Assembly: GCA_002269645.1 (NCBI GenBank)
Contig: NIVC01003805.1
Span: 12,133 to 76,132, forward strand
Length of the DNA stretch: 64,000 bases
Direction of reading: 5' to 3'
Origin: Macrostomum lignano
Taxonomy: Eukaryota
Made by a program: the position numbers and the translations under genes. Shown piece after piece: positions 22,300 through 34,593 of this stretch. Every line of letters begins with the position of its first letter. Position 1 is the stretch's first letter. The notes below the pieces were generated by a model, which was given only the letters and a program-made list of their open reading frames with translations, was not told the DNA's origin and did no database searches.

Positions 22300-25050
22300 T
22301 CGTACCGTGGTCGCGACGCAGAATCGACCAATATTGCAGATGAAGATTAGTAGCGCGGCATATACAATGACCGCGGAGCTGAACAGAAAACGTTCCATGT
22401 GGTTATCGCGGAATCGTTCCCAATTAAAGATGGTGGTGCTCCAGAGATTCTTAAATGCTTGTGTAGCGTCCAGTCTGAAGCTTGAGGCGTCCGCCAGCAG
22501 TTCTTGGCGGGTTTTGTTATTGTTCAGCTTAAAGACAGTAACTAGGAAGTCTCTTGTTTGCATGAATTTTCCCATCATGTCTGTTACGGTAACCGGACTT
22601 CGCAGAGTGCTGTAGTTGACATCGCCAATGGGTGTGAAAATGCTCCGTCTCAGGTCGCTATAAAGTGATTGTAGAAGGTACGCTTCGTCGGTGACCTGAT
22701 GTGAGTCTAGTTCGCGAATGTCGCTGAAATTGGTCGTTGCTTTGAAGATAGAGGTATCTTTCGGTAGATAGTATCCATCTTGATATTCGCACGGTATTAG
22801 TGGTTTGGCGGTTGAGACGATGAGCGTGGTGGTATCCAGATAAGCTAGTACGCTCCTGTTTTGTAGTTGAAATTTCATAGGTGGTCGCGTATAACATCTA
22901 TTGGACTTGTACTCCGGTTGGACGAATGTGAAGTCGTAAAGTGGTTTGCACTGATGTACGAAAAGGTGACCAGCGATCGACTGAGCGTATAAGAAGCGGT
23001 CGTTGAAGAGTTGTCGTGCAGCCAGTGTCGGATTGGTGTAGTACAGTGTGCGACTGTATCTCAGGTTGAGGGCGTACATTTTGCATTGTGTCTTAGTAAG
23101 TTGCGTGTGTACTGTCTTGAGGTCTTGGTGTAATTTCATCTCGAGGGCTTGTAGGCGGCTGGAAAGTAATTCTGCTGAGGCCAAGTTTGTAGATAGTTGA
23201 GGTGCTGATTGGTTGTCGGCGGGCGTTTCACTTGAGCGTCGAATACGTACTTTGTCTAACGTCGGCGGTGCGTCTCGTTGTAAATATGGTATTGCCAGTG
23301 GATCATATTGATATTCTTCGGTTTGTGGTGTTGTGGCGTCCGTTGGCGGATCGATTGACATTGTGTGGGTTCTTCGGCTTGTCAATGGAGTTAGAGCAGT
23401 TTCCGTTAATCTTGGAGGTTCTGATGTCGTCACTGTCGATGTTTGCGGTTGCGTCGTGGTTGTGGAGGCCACCAATTGTGTCGTTGGTGTAGGACTGTCC
23501 GTGATTGGTTTCGTCGTGGTCGTCTCTTGCGTTGTTGGATCAGTTTTCGTCGTCGTTTGGTGCGTAGTCGTTCGGGTCATGTCAGTCGTCGATTTTACGA
23601 CTGTCGTTGTAGGACTTGTTGTAGGGTTGGTTGATGTCTTCAGCGCATCTGTTGTTGTTCGTGTGGTCGGCGTCGATTTCAGCGTGGTTGTGCTGGTGGC
23701 TGTCGTGGTGGTACTCGTCCTTGGATTTGTTAATGTTGTCGATGTCGTCGGTGTCGTTGATGTTGTCGGTGTCGTCGTCGTTGTCGATGTTGTCGATGTT
23801 GTCGGAGTTGGGGAAGTTGTCGGAGTTGGGGAAGTTGTCGAAGTTGTCGCAGTTGTCGAAGTTGTCGCAGTTGTCGAAGTTGTCGCAGTTGTCGAAGTTG
23901 TCGCAGTTGTCGAAGTTGTCGCAGTTGTCGAAGTTGTCGCAGTTGTCGAAGTTGCCATGGCGATTTGTTTGTAGGGTAGTGAACGGCTAGGACGGGATTT
24001 CGTTTCTGCCGTATTGGGAGTGGCGTCCGATGACTGGTTTGTCTGAGCAGTCGGAGTTGGAGGTGTTGGCCTTATCGCATTAAGGAAGTGTTGTTCTTGT
24101 TCAAGTACTTCGACGTAGAGTCCTTGCTCGGAAAGGTAAAGCTTTTTGGTGCCAGCGGAGCAGCTAAGAGTGTGCTGAGGCGGTGTAGCTGCAAATGTTA
24201 AAGCTAGCGTTTGGTCGTCGTTGATGAAAAAGTTGGAGTGCTGTAGTCCATTCAGAGCGCGGAACGGTATTAATGAACAATCTGATTGTGGTGGTACATT
24301 TCAGGACAACGTTAGTTTTCGCTCGCCTGCTGCGTGGAGATTGGCGACGGCCGGTGGAGTTAGTTGTGTCCAGGCCTCTGTCAGAAGCTGATGTGGTAGA
24401 TTAAAACGCATCATCTGTTCCACAGTTGTCGGGATGGTGCAGCCTTTTGTTGAATAGACACAATGTTTGATCGGAAACGCCAGTGATTCCATCGGATCTG
24501 TTGGACTAGCAAAAGCGGCGATGCTAGTAATCAAGGTGGATGCCATTATCGTTTGAGTACGAGAGGCGAGGCAGTTGTCCAGCAAAGTTGTATGTATGGC
24601 TGACCGGAATAGTTGTTGGCCAGAAACTGTGGCTACTATTTGTAGTTGGCCATCAGGTGAATTTCTGGACACGACCCATTGTAGACAAGCGAGTGGCGTT
24701 GTCGGTTTCGGTTTCACAGTTATGTGAGCTTCACGAAAAGTGCGTAGGTGTGAGCCAAGACGATTGCAGTTGATAGTTATCTCTTCCCGATAACACATGT
24801 TCATCATTATCCGGGTCTTTGCTAGGTTAGAGGTGTAGAGTCGTAGACGCATTGGGATAGCTCTTGTTTCTTGCGGGTTGAAGGACTCGCACCGTATTTC
24901 GGTAGGGATCTTGAAAATTCGAACTGGGCCTTTGAGCGGGCAGACCATTGGTGTGTCGACGAATGTTGGGTGATCGAGTGATGCCGTTCCGTTACGTGTT
25001 CCGATCAGAGTGGTGATCAGTAAACCAAGGAGTAATACGCCTAGTTGACC
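22300..25050 (-). pseudogene. Herpesvirus-gB-like class III fusion glycoprotein (Env): internal signal, ectodomain with mucin insert and furin site, TM anchor
   Basis: Hydrophobic GVLLLGLLITTLIG; Cys pattern VCP..RC..LY.SN..C..C..C..W; RIRR at 23247-23236; helix SRLQ..LHQDL..TQC; NPTLAAR..GHLFV.QC; CYTRP..F; TM FLFSSAVIVYAALLIFI. These resemble gB domains III-IV. Confidence 0.8.
23830..23955. repeat. 18-bp coding tandem repeat (GTCGAAGTTGTCGCAGTT, about 6 copies) encoding STTATT in the mucin-like insert
   Basis: Directly visible; surrounded by a wider Thr-rich degenerate region to about 23330. Confidence 0.9.
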
Positions 25051-26526
25051 GTGAGTGTTTAGATGAGTCGTCTTGCGGGTCGGTTGTCTCAGAGAACGCT
25101 GAGTTGTGGGCGCGCAGTCCGGGCAGTCGGGAGTCCAGGGGACGACCTGGATGCCCATGACTTCGGCCTTGGTGCTCTGCTGTCGGCGCTTAAGGGCACG
25201 CAGGAGGTTGTACTGTGGTCCAGTCCCGGTGAAGTAGTATGGTCCACTACTTACTGGAGTAGACACATTGACTTCCGGCTTTGATTCCATGGCCTTGTCG
25301 GCACCCGTCGGCTGCGGTTGTTCAGTACTGGAGGGTGCGCTTGTCGTTACGACCTGTAGGGCGTTCAGCGAGGCTGCTGGGGCTCGCGGTGACGGCGATC
25401 GTGAGTGGCTTCCGTTTGATCTGTTTGGTCCATAGGAATTTCTGTTGGAGAAGTGGACCTGTCGTCTGTCTGAGTGTTGATTGGCATCCATGATGATTTC
25501 CGGTACAAACAGATGGGCTGGTGGTGAATAACCAGAGGGCCAAGCAGTTGGTGAAGTAGTTACGTCGGGAGTAGAGCCAGAAAGTCGTCGGGTACTCGAG
25601 GTTGTGTTGTCAAGTGCTTGGTCTGTGTCAGCGGCTGGCGCTGAGTTTGGTTGCAATTCGCTCAATTTAGCTGTAGGGGATTGTGATGCTGCTCGTCGAC
25701 CAGAGCGTAATGTGAGCGAGTGTTTATCTGGACTATCCCTTTGGTCATCATTTTGTAATATCGGTATGATATGTAATGAGAATTCTGACATGTATGCACA
25801 CGAGTGACTACTGCCTAAGTAGTATCAGACGATAATCAAACAGAATATATGTGTATCAGCGTATTGATCAAAATTGTAGGCTGTAGAGCCTGTAGACTTC
25901 TTTGTAAACGAATACGAACATCTATTGCAAAATAGGCTATACGACAGGGCCACAGACTACAGTGTGGGCTTGTTAGGAAACGGTACGGCGGATGCCACAG
26001 GTGCGTTTGTGGGCTTATTGCGCGAGTTCGGTGCACGAACTGTAATGTGTGATGAGTTGCAGGCCAGGAACGAATGTCGCGGCAGGGCGACCGTCGCAGC
26101 TTGTGTCACCTTTTAACCGGAATCGCCGATTTGCGATCTCCGACCAGCTCTTCGGGCACAGCTTGTGTGGCCGGGTTAACAACTGAGTGCCACTACCGAA
26201 TTAGTGGCCGCCACGACTGGGTGGCTTGACGTGGGCCCACGTTTTTACTCTCTATGCTACTAGTAGCCCTCTGTGTCAAGCGTTGTTGAGAAAGAGAGAA
26301 GAAAAAAGGGACAGAACGAAGAAAAGGCGGTCTATATATTTTGTGTTTTTTGTTTGTCAATTTTCTGTAAGACCGCTAATAAGAGAGTGAGATGTAGTTC
26401 GTTGTACTTATATTTAGAAAGTTATTTGGAGTAGAGCATTGAAGGTGAAGTATTGTAGTATGTCATTGTCAGATAAATAGCATAGCGATATACGAGCTAG
26501 TGGTGTTAGTTAAGGGACGTTCGTAT

Positions 26527-27280
26527 TCAGAAGTGTTTAAGGACGTCAACGCGAGACTGGTATGAGCCGACGAGCAGGTGGCGGTAGGCGGGTGGAAGTT
26601 GTTTCACTTGGTTGCGGAGCTGTTCGTGGAGGGGGAAACCCCTAGTAACCCTCCATGTATGGTGGAAGGCCATTTGGGCGAGGTGGGCAAGGCTGGGTGG
26701 GGAGAAGGGCGGCTTGGCGAGTGAGCCGATGTCGGCGGCGACGCAGGAGCGGCGAGCTTCGTTGTCCGTAGCCAGGTGTTCTGGGCGTGTGCCCGCAACC
26801 ACCAACTCCAAGTGGAGGAGGAGGGGTGCGAGCTCCTGGTACATCAAGACGACCTTCCAGACGGGGGTGCGTAGACGCGGCAACCTCGTCAGGAAGCGGG
26901 CCACCAGGTAGAGTGCCGTTGGCTTGTCATTCGAGCCTTTCAGGATGTAGATTATCGTATTCTGAATGGCGCGCTCAGATCTTCGGATGGTGTTTGCCGG
27001 GAGTAGGGCATACCATGACATCAGGCCATCTAAGACCCGTAGGTCGCCCTTGTTCAACCGCGCCAGTTCCTCCTGGTCGTCCCATTCGAACACGGTGTCT
27101 CCACAGGCCAAGTCGATGAGTCGGGCAACGGCTGGGTAATCGTAGCAAAGATGGTAATAGGGGAAGGGTGGTTGAAGATAGGGCTGGACAAACTAAAATC
27201 GTGAGGATCAACCTCCGGGATTAAGCGAAAGGTGCAGAGGGGATTGGAATTGGGCCTAACGAAAGGTGGTGGAGATGGTC
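26527..27280 (-). pseudogene. Unknown helical protein with C-terminal SOCS-box/BC-box-like motif; 5' part frameshifted
   Basis: PPSLAHLAQMAF..VKQLPPAYRHLL at the C-terminus; protein-level conserved paralog at 37442-37660. Confidence 0.6.
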
Positions 27281-28576
27281 AGGTAGGTTGGAGATAGGTA
27301 GCCATAGGGGTTCACGGTCTCGAAGCTGGGAACAAAAAGCGGCATAACTCGTCGGGGAATACATGTCGGTGGACGGCTCTAGAGAGTGGAAAATTAGGAT
27401 ATGAAACTAGTGGATGGCTGGTGTAGTAAGACTAGGAGCTTTGGAAGGGGAGCAATGAGGGGGGGACGGAAGATCGGTCTTTATTACGAGGCGCTGTGGG
27501 GGATGGGGAACCGCAGACATCCTGACTGAAGAGGCTAAGAAGTGGAATTTGTGATGATTCAACAGACGCTAGACACTGGGCAGAACCGGCAGTTGACTGC
27601 CACGGAGAGACCCCCAGCATAAACAGAGAATGGGGAGGAGGTAGGAGAGTGCCAGCATTTGGAGGCGAAATCCATCCTACTTCCCAAGGTCCATCGATGA
27701 GGGGGATGCCTGCCGGGTGGTAGCATGTTAGCTGGGTTTACTGGCGTGTGACTGGCGGCGGCGTTACGTTAATCGAATAGTTACAGGCGCGGAGCCTCTG
27801 TGTGCTGGAGCGGATCCAGGCTTATTGCGTGGGGGCTAGATCATCCCTGAAAGCAGAACAATACAAAGCATGGGGTCTGACCCATTGGGACGAATCCAGG
27901 TTGACTGACAAAGGGCTGTGTTGGCCGTTTAAACAATAGATAATACCGTTAGTAGAACGTGCCTGCGTAAGATGCTAAGTGGAGTGGCGCAACGAATTCG
28001 GCAATTGGGCTGGAGGCATATGTTCTTGCAGGTAGGAAGTGGGGTGCTTGTCGGTGTCTACAGGATAGAGGGAACGAAAGTAATCGATTGGGTGCCTAAT
28101 TAGGAAGAGGGGGGAGGGACCCTAGAATTGGATGGGCAGATAGGCTGAAAGGGGAGCGCGGGTAACAAAGCGCGGGGGGGCCAAGTGGGAAGCTCGATGC
28201 ACGAATATCGAGCGATGTCTGAGGGGGCAGAGAGGCTGGGAAGGAATGTCCCGTGCCGATCTGTGTACTTCAGCGAAAGCCACAAGTCAGTATTCGACGA
28301 ATACAGACCAGACTGTACTGTTAAAGTAGACTTCTGGGGAAGGATCGATCGAAAGGGGATAGTCCAAAGGGCGAGAGCGGCCGTGGGACGAGAAAGGGCT
28401 GCACTGTCCAGGCATTCCAGAACTTCTAAATGTCAGCCGTAGCCCCCAAAAGGACGAGGTGGCTGATGCACTATCCAGCAACAAGTCTACAGCAAATGTC
28501 AGAGGAGTGCCTTTCGCCCAAGCGCAAATGTCAAGCCTGCAATTCAGTGCAATTCTTATGAGATATCTCTCCTTCT

Positions 28577-29478
28577 TTGAGTCCTTCGTAGATCTCGTGT
28601 AGATCTCGATCTGAAGCTCAGGCCTGAATTCGACTCGACTTGTAGTCCTGGTCCGAGTTTCTTTTTCTTCTTTTGCCGGCCGGTATCTGTCGTTCGGACC
28701 AATAAGAAGCTTCCAAATTAACAATGGGTACCCTGCGCCAAACTGCGGTTTAATATAAGCCTACTCCTTCTAGCAGTGCCTCTATGCACTCTAGGTATAG
28801 CTCCGGTAATCACTGATAGTCTACCAAGATCTATCAGGGTAGTCCTTCTGGAGACTGCTGCCAATGGAATCTCAATAGACTCAAGAGTCTCAACAGACTC
28901 AAACTAAACTCCAACGAGACGTCTCAAAACACAGGCGCAAATGAGTAAGGCTTACCGCAAGAACTCGACGAGTCTTCTGTAGGAAGTCCTGTAGTGGCTT
29001 CCTCTTCGGAGCTCTTCTCCTTCCGGAGGAATTGTTGGCTCTGAGTCCGTTCCGGACCACTTGTATTTATAGGCGTTCAGACCTCTCTCGAGGTCGTACA
29101 TCACTGTCTTCGCAAATGTCAAAGGGTCACGATTCGGTGGCTGTCAAGCATGACAGGGTAGAAAGTTGCGCAACTAGTCTACTGTAAAAGCGCATGATTG
29201 GTTACCGTAGCTGGTAGACTTTGATTGGTTCATCCGGGTGCAACCCGAGTGCAAACCAAATGATGACTTGTAGGTGGGGTTTGAATTGACAGTTGTTGGT
29301 CGCACGTGATTGGGTGATTTCTAAAATTAGCATGCTCGAGATTTCTCTCTTTCTATTGGTTAATTCGAATATACGTATGGTTCAGCGCATATCGTTATAC
29401 ATGCTCCTCAAATTACTACTATTTAAGTAGTACGTTAACAATTTTAAATAACTTTTCTGGGAGATATAATACTCTACA
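28577..29478 (-). mobile_element. LTR 4, U5 end missing
   Basis: Aligns with LTR 2/3 from about 28577; ends ACTCTACA at 29478; TATA on - at about 29060-29074. Confidence 0.85.
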
Positions 29479-30350
29479 CATCTCGGGTGATGCCGCGAAA
29501 GACCTCTACCGGCTTTGTGGTCTGAAAAACGAGCGGCAGCAGCTCCCGGCATGTAGAACTGGGTCTCCAGGCCAGAGTTCGAAGTCCGTTTTCGTGTTTG
29601 TTCCACTTTTCTGCCCTGCCGAAGATAATTGCGGCATCCTTGCGTTCGAGGGCCTCCTTCGAGGCAATCGCAGCTTCAGGGAAGAACGCCATCTCGGTCA
29701 GCCAGGTTGCTGTTCGTGGCGGCTGTGGGACTAGTGCCTTATATAAGCCTCAGCAAATGGCATGCAGCTGTAGCCCGGATGGGAAAAAACAACATTCCGC
29801 ATGCTTTTACCAAAATGTCAAAGGGACAACCCGCGCCCAGATTTTTTCAAATTTTGCATGCAAGTAGCAAGACGATAATTTTTTCATTTTAATGGCGAAT
29901 GACAGTTGGTCTTCTAAATCCTGTAAATAGCAATGGTCTACTAATGGAAAGGGGGATGATAAATGCAGTCAAGACTGAAACAGTTGGTGCCAAGGCTGAA
30001 AATGCCACTAGGGGAACTGTGTCAGCTGTTGTATATACAAAATTTAGTGGGATTAAAACGAAGAAGGCAGTTGTAACAAGGGATAAAGAAGATGGGGGTG
30101 ATCGCTCATTCCTACAGAATCAGTCAACCGCACGCTCCGTTCGATATCGGTTGGGTTGCTGTCCGTGATGACCCACTCTGTTGTGAAGAATAAAGACGGT
30201 AAATATAGCCAATCCTAAACAGAGAACTTCACTTTCGATATAAGCTTAGACGGCAAGGGAGCTGTATCCGAGAGGATACACTCTAAAAAGCGCAATCTCT
30301 ATTGTATAGCAGTATCAATATAGCTTAACTTCTTAAATTTTGTTTGAGTT

Positions 30351-31232
30351 ATGAGCGAGAATCTAAATCATTTCGGACGCGCTGCTGAAGCTGTTAACGA
30401 CCCTAGACGGGGCCGTTCGCGTTCGCGAAATGGACACCATATAGATACTTTATATTTTAATAGTTCGTCGCAATTTCCGGAATTTGACGAGTTTCCGGAT
30501 GCCGACTACTTAAATGAACTATGCCGGATCCCTGAAGAGGGTAAGTTTGGTACCTGCTTGGTTATGTTTTAATTTATCCTCATTGAAATAAACATCTAGT
30601 GTTGCGACTTTCCTCCGCAGATGCCATCAGTCCTGAACCGCAGGGTGATCATGGACGCTGGGCACCGTGGACGTGGGTGTCGAGTGCGTGGACGTGGGCG
30701 AGGGCCCTGTGGAATAATATATATGGCGCTGCGGGCGGAGACAGCGATGTTGAATCTAGCCTTCAAAGTGATTCTGGCGAGGATGTTCGACCGACCGCTG
30801 CGATGCTCGAGTCTTCCGTCCTGGGCGAGGGTGCCGTGGGCGGCGGAAGCGCTGTGCAGTCCGACTTGGTGAGCGAGCCTTCTAGACCAAGCGAGAGCGT
30901 CGCGGGGGGCGGCAGCCATCGTGAGATTGGCTCCGTCGAGGCTCGTGTTTGTCGACAGTCACGGGATGGACCTAGCCGCAGCGAAGGCGCTATGAGCGGC
31001 GACAATCCTCGCTGGTACCCATTTCTTAACCATCGTCACGCATCTCACGTCTACGCGCCCTCTTGATGGGCGCGGGCATGGACGGGTGCGTAGTAACGGC
31101 GAGAATTGGGTAATCATCGCCGAAGAGCCTTCGCTTTATGGTCCATTGCGCATACTGGTTAGAGAGAATAGGCCTGGTCCGCCTATTCGACGGGCGACTT
31201 CTGACTCGGACTCGGGCCTCTGTGAATTTTAA
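30351..31232 (+). pseudogene. Second copy of the spliced accessory gene (exon 30351-30540, intron 30541-30620, exon from 30621), frameshifted near 31030-31060
   Basis: 9-nt insertion plus 8-nt deletion relative to the 7255-8135 copy gives a stop at 31066. Confidence 0.7.
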
Positions 31233-31234
31233 GC

Positions 31235-32262
31235 CAAGGACTTCTAGACTAACAGGACGTAAAACTCAAATATCGTGCAATCCTTTGGAGGCCACGATTT
31301 CCTGGAAAAAATACACTGCGAAGATAGGAAAAAATCTGTTTTTCGTCACAAAATCTGTGATTGTATTTGATCTGGGGCAGTGAAGACTACCATTCTTTTA
31401 ATTTACCATGCACAACATGTTACTCTATTATATTTTCATATAGCTATGTAATGAAGTTTTAATTTTCATATTGTTTTCACTTTATTTCATAAGCCCAAAG
31501 TTGCAAACTCACAAGTGGCATTAGCCAAATATCAAATTCAAGAAAAGAAAAGCTATTCAAATTTGTAATATAATAATATTTTTAGCCTTTAAAATAAAAA
31601 TTATAAAAGGACTAATCAATGTTTTTTCTTATAGATACCTAGTAAAAATGGTTAGGGCCTATTTTTGTGATTAAGTCTATTCTTCTTAAATCTTAGTCTT
31701 AAATATAGGCTTAGCTTAAAAACTGATAATACAGCTTTCTCAAGCCTAGGTAACCAACCATATGAAACTATGTATTGGTAATCTATATATAATAAAAAAT
31801 CATTGTCTAAATTTAATTAATTATTAGGCTAGATAGTGTAGTGATAGGTCTAGTTCTAGTAGGCCTAGGAATTAGTATAGTTACTAAACCTACAATAATA
31901 GCTTAAGACTAAGAGTACCTACTTGCAATGTTTTTATACTTTATTTTAAAAAGAACAACACAAAAAGTTTGGCTAATGCCACTTGTGAGCCTGCAACTTT
32001 GGGCTTATGAAATAAAGTGAAAACAATATGAAAATGAAAACTTCACTACACAGCTATATGAAAATATAATAGAGTAACATGTTGTGCATGGTAAATTAAA
32101 AGAATGGTAGTCTTCACTGCCCCAGATCAAATACAATCACAGATTTTGTGACGAAAAACAGATTTTTTCCTATCTTCGCAGTGTATTTTTTCCAGGAAAT
32201 CGTGGCCTCCAAAAAATTGCACGATCTTTGAGTTTTACGTCCTGTTAGTCTAGAAGTCCTTG
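31235..32262. mobile_element. 1028-bp MITE with about 290-bp TIRs, CAAGGAC..GTCCTTG ends, 8-bp TSD TTTTAAGC (hAT-like)
   Basis: TSD at 31227-31234 and 32263-32270; empty site visible in the inverted copy at about 7252-7262. Confidence 0.92.
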
Positions 32263-33092
32263 TTTTAAGCATTGTGTTTACGCGCCCCCCCCCCCCCCAA
32301 TAACTAATAACGTTACAGCCGTTACAGAGAATGCAAGCCCGTTGCATTGAGCATGTGTGAATGTATGTGAAAATAAATATTAATCGCTTTCAGTGTTACT
32401 TCAATGCGATTATAATACCGTGTTCTTAATTTGTGCAATACTAAAGTTTCTATCCAATGCTTAATACGTATTGTGGCACGGCAAACTTAGAACAGTGTTT
32501 AGATCTTACACTAGAACTAATACGGCGAGCTTAAACCTAGATGTAGTAATTTTCTCTACGAGCCTTTGAGTGAATAACAGAGTCTAAAGACCAAGACAGT
32601 TTAACGATTAAGGTTAACAAGATTTCATTTCATACATGGAGTTAGTTGAGAATGAAAAATAATACGTTTAATGAAGCAAAAACATGAGATTAGGAGATAG
32701 ATATAGAACACCAAACAAAAACACTCAAATATTGTCTTAGCACCAACGCGTAAATATTATAAAACTAAAAAATAATAATGGGAAAGTTAGCATCGATGGC
32801 GATAAAGTGTTAAAAATGAAGAATGGGCAAATGACATAGCATCAAGCACACGGAAATTACATTTAAGCATTAAGCTACAATTTAAAATAAATTTAAGCAG
32901 TATGAAGAGTTACAGAAGATAGGCGGGGTCTGCTGATCGCAGATACAAAAATATAATTAAAAATTAAAAAAAAATGCACCGTGTGTTAGTACCGTTACAT
33001 CAATGCCAATAGTTCAATAAATTGTGGTTCCTATCACACCAGAGCCTGGGCAGTGAGGCCTTGCATCCGCTGCGATGGAACGCTATCTAATT

Positions 33093-33341
33093 CTATTGAC
33101 TCTCCAGTTTGGTTTGGCGACTCTCATCCCTCATTGATACTCTGCAGGGGAATCGCGTGCCATTCGCGTTGAGGGGTCGATCCGTGGGGATAGTGCAGAC
33201 CTGTCTCTTGGGTTGGTTGTCCACTTGCTGAGATTGAAGGCGACTGCGGTGGCGTTCTTGATCGAGCCGCGCGCGATGCGCTGATGTTAAAAAGGATGAA
33301 ACAATGAAACAAAACTGGAGAACATGAGTTGAAATATTCAC
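33093..33341 (-). pseudogene. Possible N-terminal fragment of a second Env (signal peptide plus QVC motif)
   Basis: MNISTHVLQFCFIVSSFLTSA..QVCTIPTDRPL resembles the signal-then-VCP start of the gB-like Env at 25050-24950. Confidence 0.35.
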
Positions 33342-34384
33342 ATAGGCAATTTAAACCTACCAAAACTTGTAGCAGCGAACAACCCACGATACTAGCGAAT
33401 AGATGAACACAACAACAACTTTGTTGCTGTTAGCAGTCCGACTGGTTTTTCAGTGCCACTGAATGATGCGGACTGCAACTGGTGCTTTGAAGTGCGACTC
33501 AGCGGCTGTGTAGAGCCATTGAATTTTGACTGGAGTGCCACAATAGCTCGAGTGAGTGCGCGCATCTGGTTAGCCTGGTTCCTTAATGCAATGATAATCT
33601 GTTGTTGAATCATTGTCTTGCTTTAAATGCGATTTTAGCGAAATACTCCTGTCCTACACGGCTACACTCCTAAACTTCTTAACACAGTGATTTAAGCGAT
33701 TTTAAAGAGAGCGAAAGAGGTCTTTCTTATGAGATCGATAACAGGGGGACGAAGAATAACAGCGGGTGTACGCTGGCGCAGGCGAGAGGCAGACTGTTGA
33801 ATAATGTACATTTGTGCTGGGGGCGGGGTGATAGGAAAAGTCGTAAAACCCACTGACTGCGAGAGGATGGGCTAGTGGATGAGAACGAGCCTCTAGCCTA
33901 AGAAGACGAAACGGACTAGCTGCAGTTAAGACAAAACGCTTAGAAGGAATGGAATGATGCGAAAACTTGTAATTTTTTAACAAACTGGTATAGGGCGGGT
34001 GTGAGAGGCAAGCCTGGAAAAAGAAAGAAATCCAGATTTAAGACAAACCATACTAAGCTTATTTTTTCCATCTGCGGACCAGTGCTAGTGCAACACGGTC
34101 TGAATTGAGAGGTGTTTGGTATTGGGACTTCGGCGTGGAGGCAAACATAACTGATGCAGGGTGGCAGTGACTAGTCCTATTAGCACATTGTTTCTAAATT
34201 TGCGCATGAACATTGAAAAGACTTCCAGAAACCAAAAGTTCTGTTGTGCTATAAGAACAAAAAAGAATCAGTTGAAGCGGATTTTCCCAGCACCCGAACA
34301 CTCGCGCATTTAGCTAAAGCGTCGAACCACATCACTATAGCAAAGCAAAAGTTAGCAATCTAGGAGAGAGTGGCCGCGAGCGTG

Positions 34385-34593
34385 GCAATAAAGAGGTGGG
34401 GAAAAGTGGTAGGACGAGATTAGGCAAACGCGCTTGGGTAGGATATAAATTCATCTTCTAGTGGCTGGGACTTCCTATTGGTTTTGCTATGCAAAAACGG
34501 GCTATGCGTGTATCCCATTGAAATAGTGCTTGGAACTTCATATTACTTTGGCCATGGAAAAACGAGCTATGGGCGTAAAAAACGCTTACTACT
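34385..34593 (+). repeat. Second Polinton terminus, joined into the 3' extension of a gag gene
   Basis: Matches 6650-6863; ends CGCTTACTACT at 34593. Confidence 0.7.

Larger units (their letters stand above)
18091..25791 (-). mobile_element. Ty3/Gypsy-type retroelement coding region, order: gag-like low-complexity N-terminus - gB-like Env - PR - RT - RNase H - IN; one stop and about 5 frameshifts; no flanking LTR pair
   Basis: See component features; ORFs 24301..25791 and 21223..23958 are in the same frame separated only by TGA at 24301-24303. Confidence 0.9.
29484..32664 (+). repeat. Longest copy of the Polinton accessory cassette, containing a MITE
   Basis: Reverse-complement matches to 372-1000 and 6864-8575. 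Confidence 0.9.

Noticed and set aside
21863-23990. Plus-strand Val-rich and other long ORFs
   Set aside because: Antisense shadows of the Thr-rich Env-Pol ORF.
28440-28560. DEVADALS on + resembling the RNase H end motif
   Set aside because: Single short motif with no supporting upstream RNase H residues.
15577-29478. LTR 3 and LTR 4 as the LTR pair of the Env-Pol element
   Set aside because: LTR 3 has its own TSD (solo), belongs to another U3 subfamily, and Polinton genes lie between it and the integrase.
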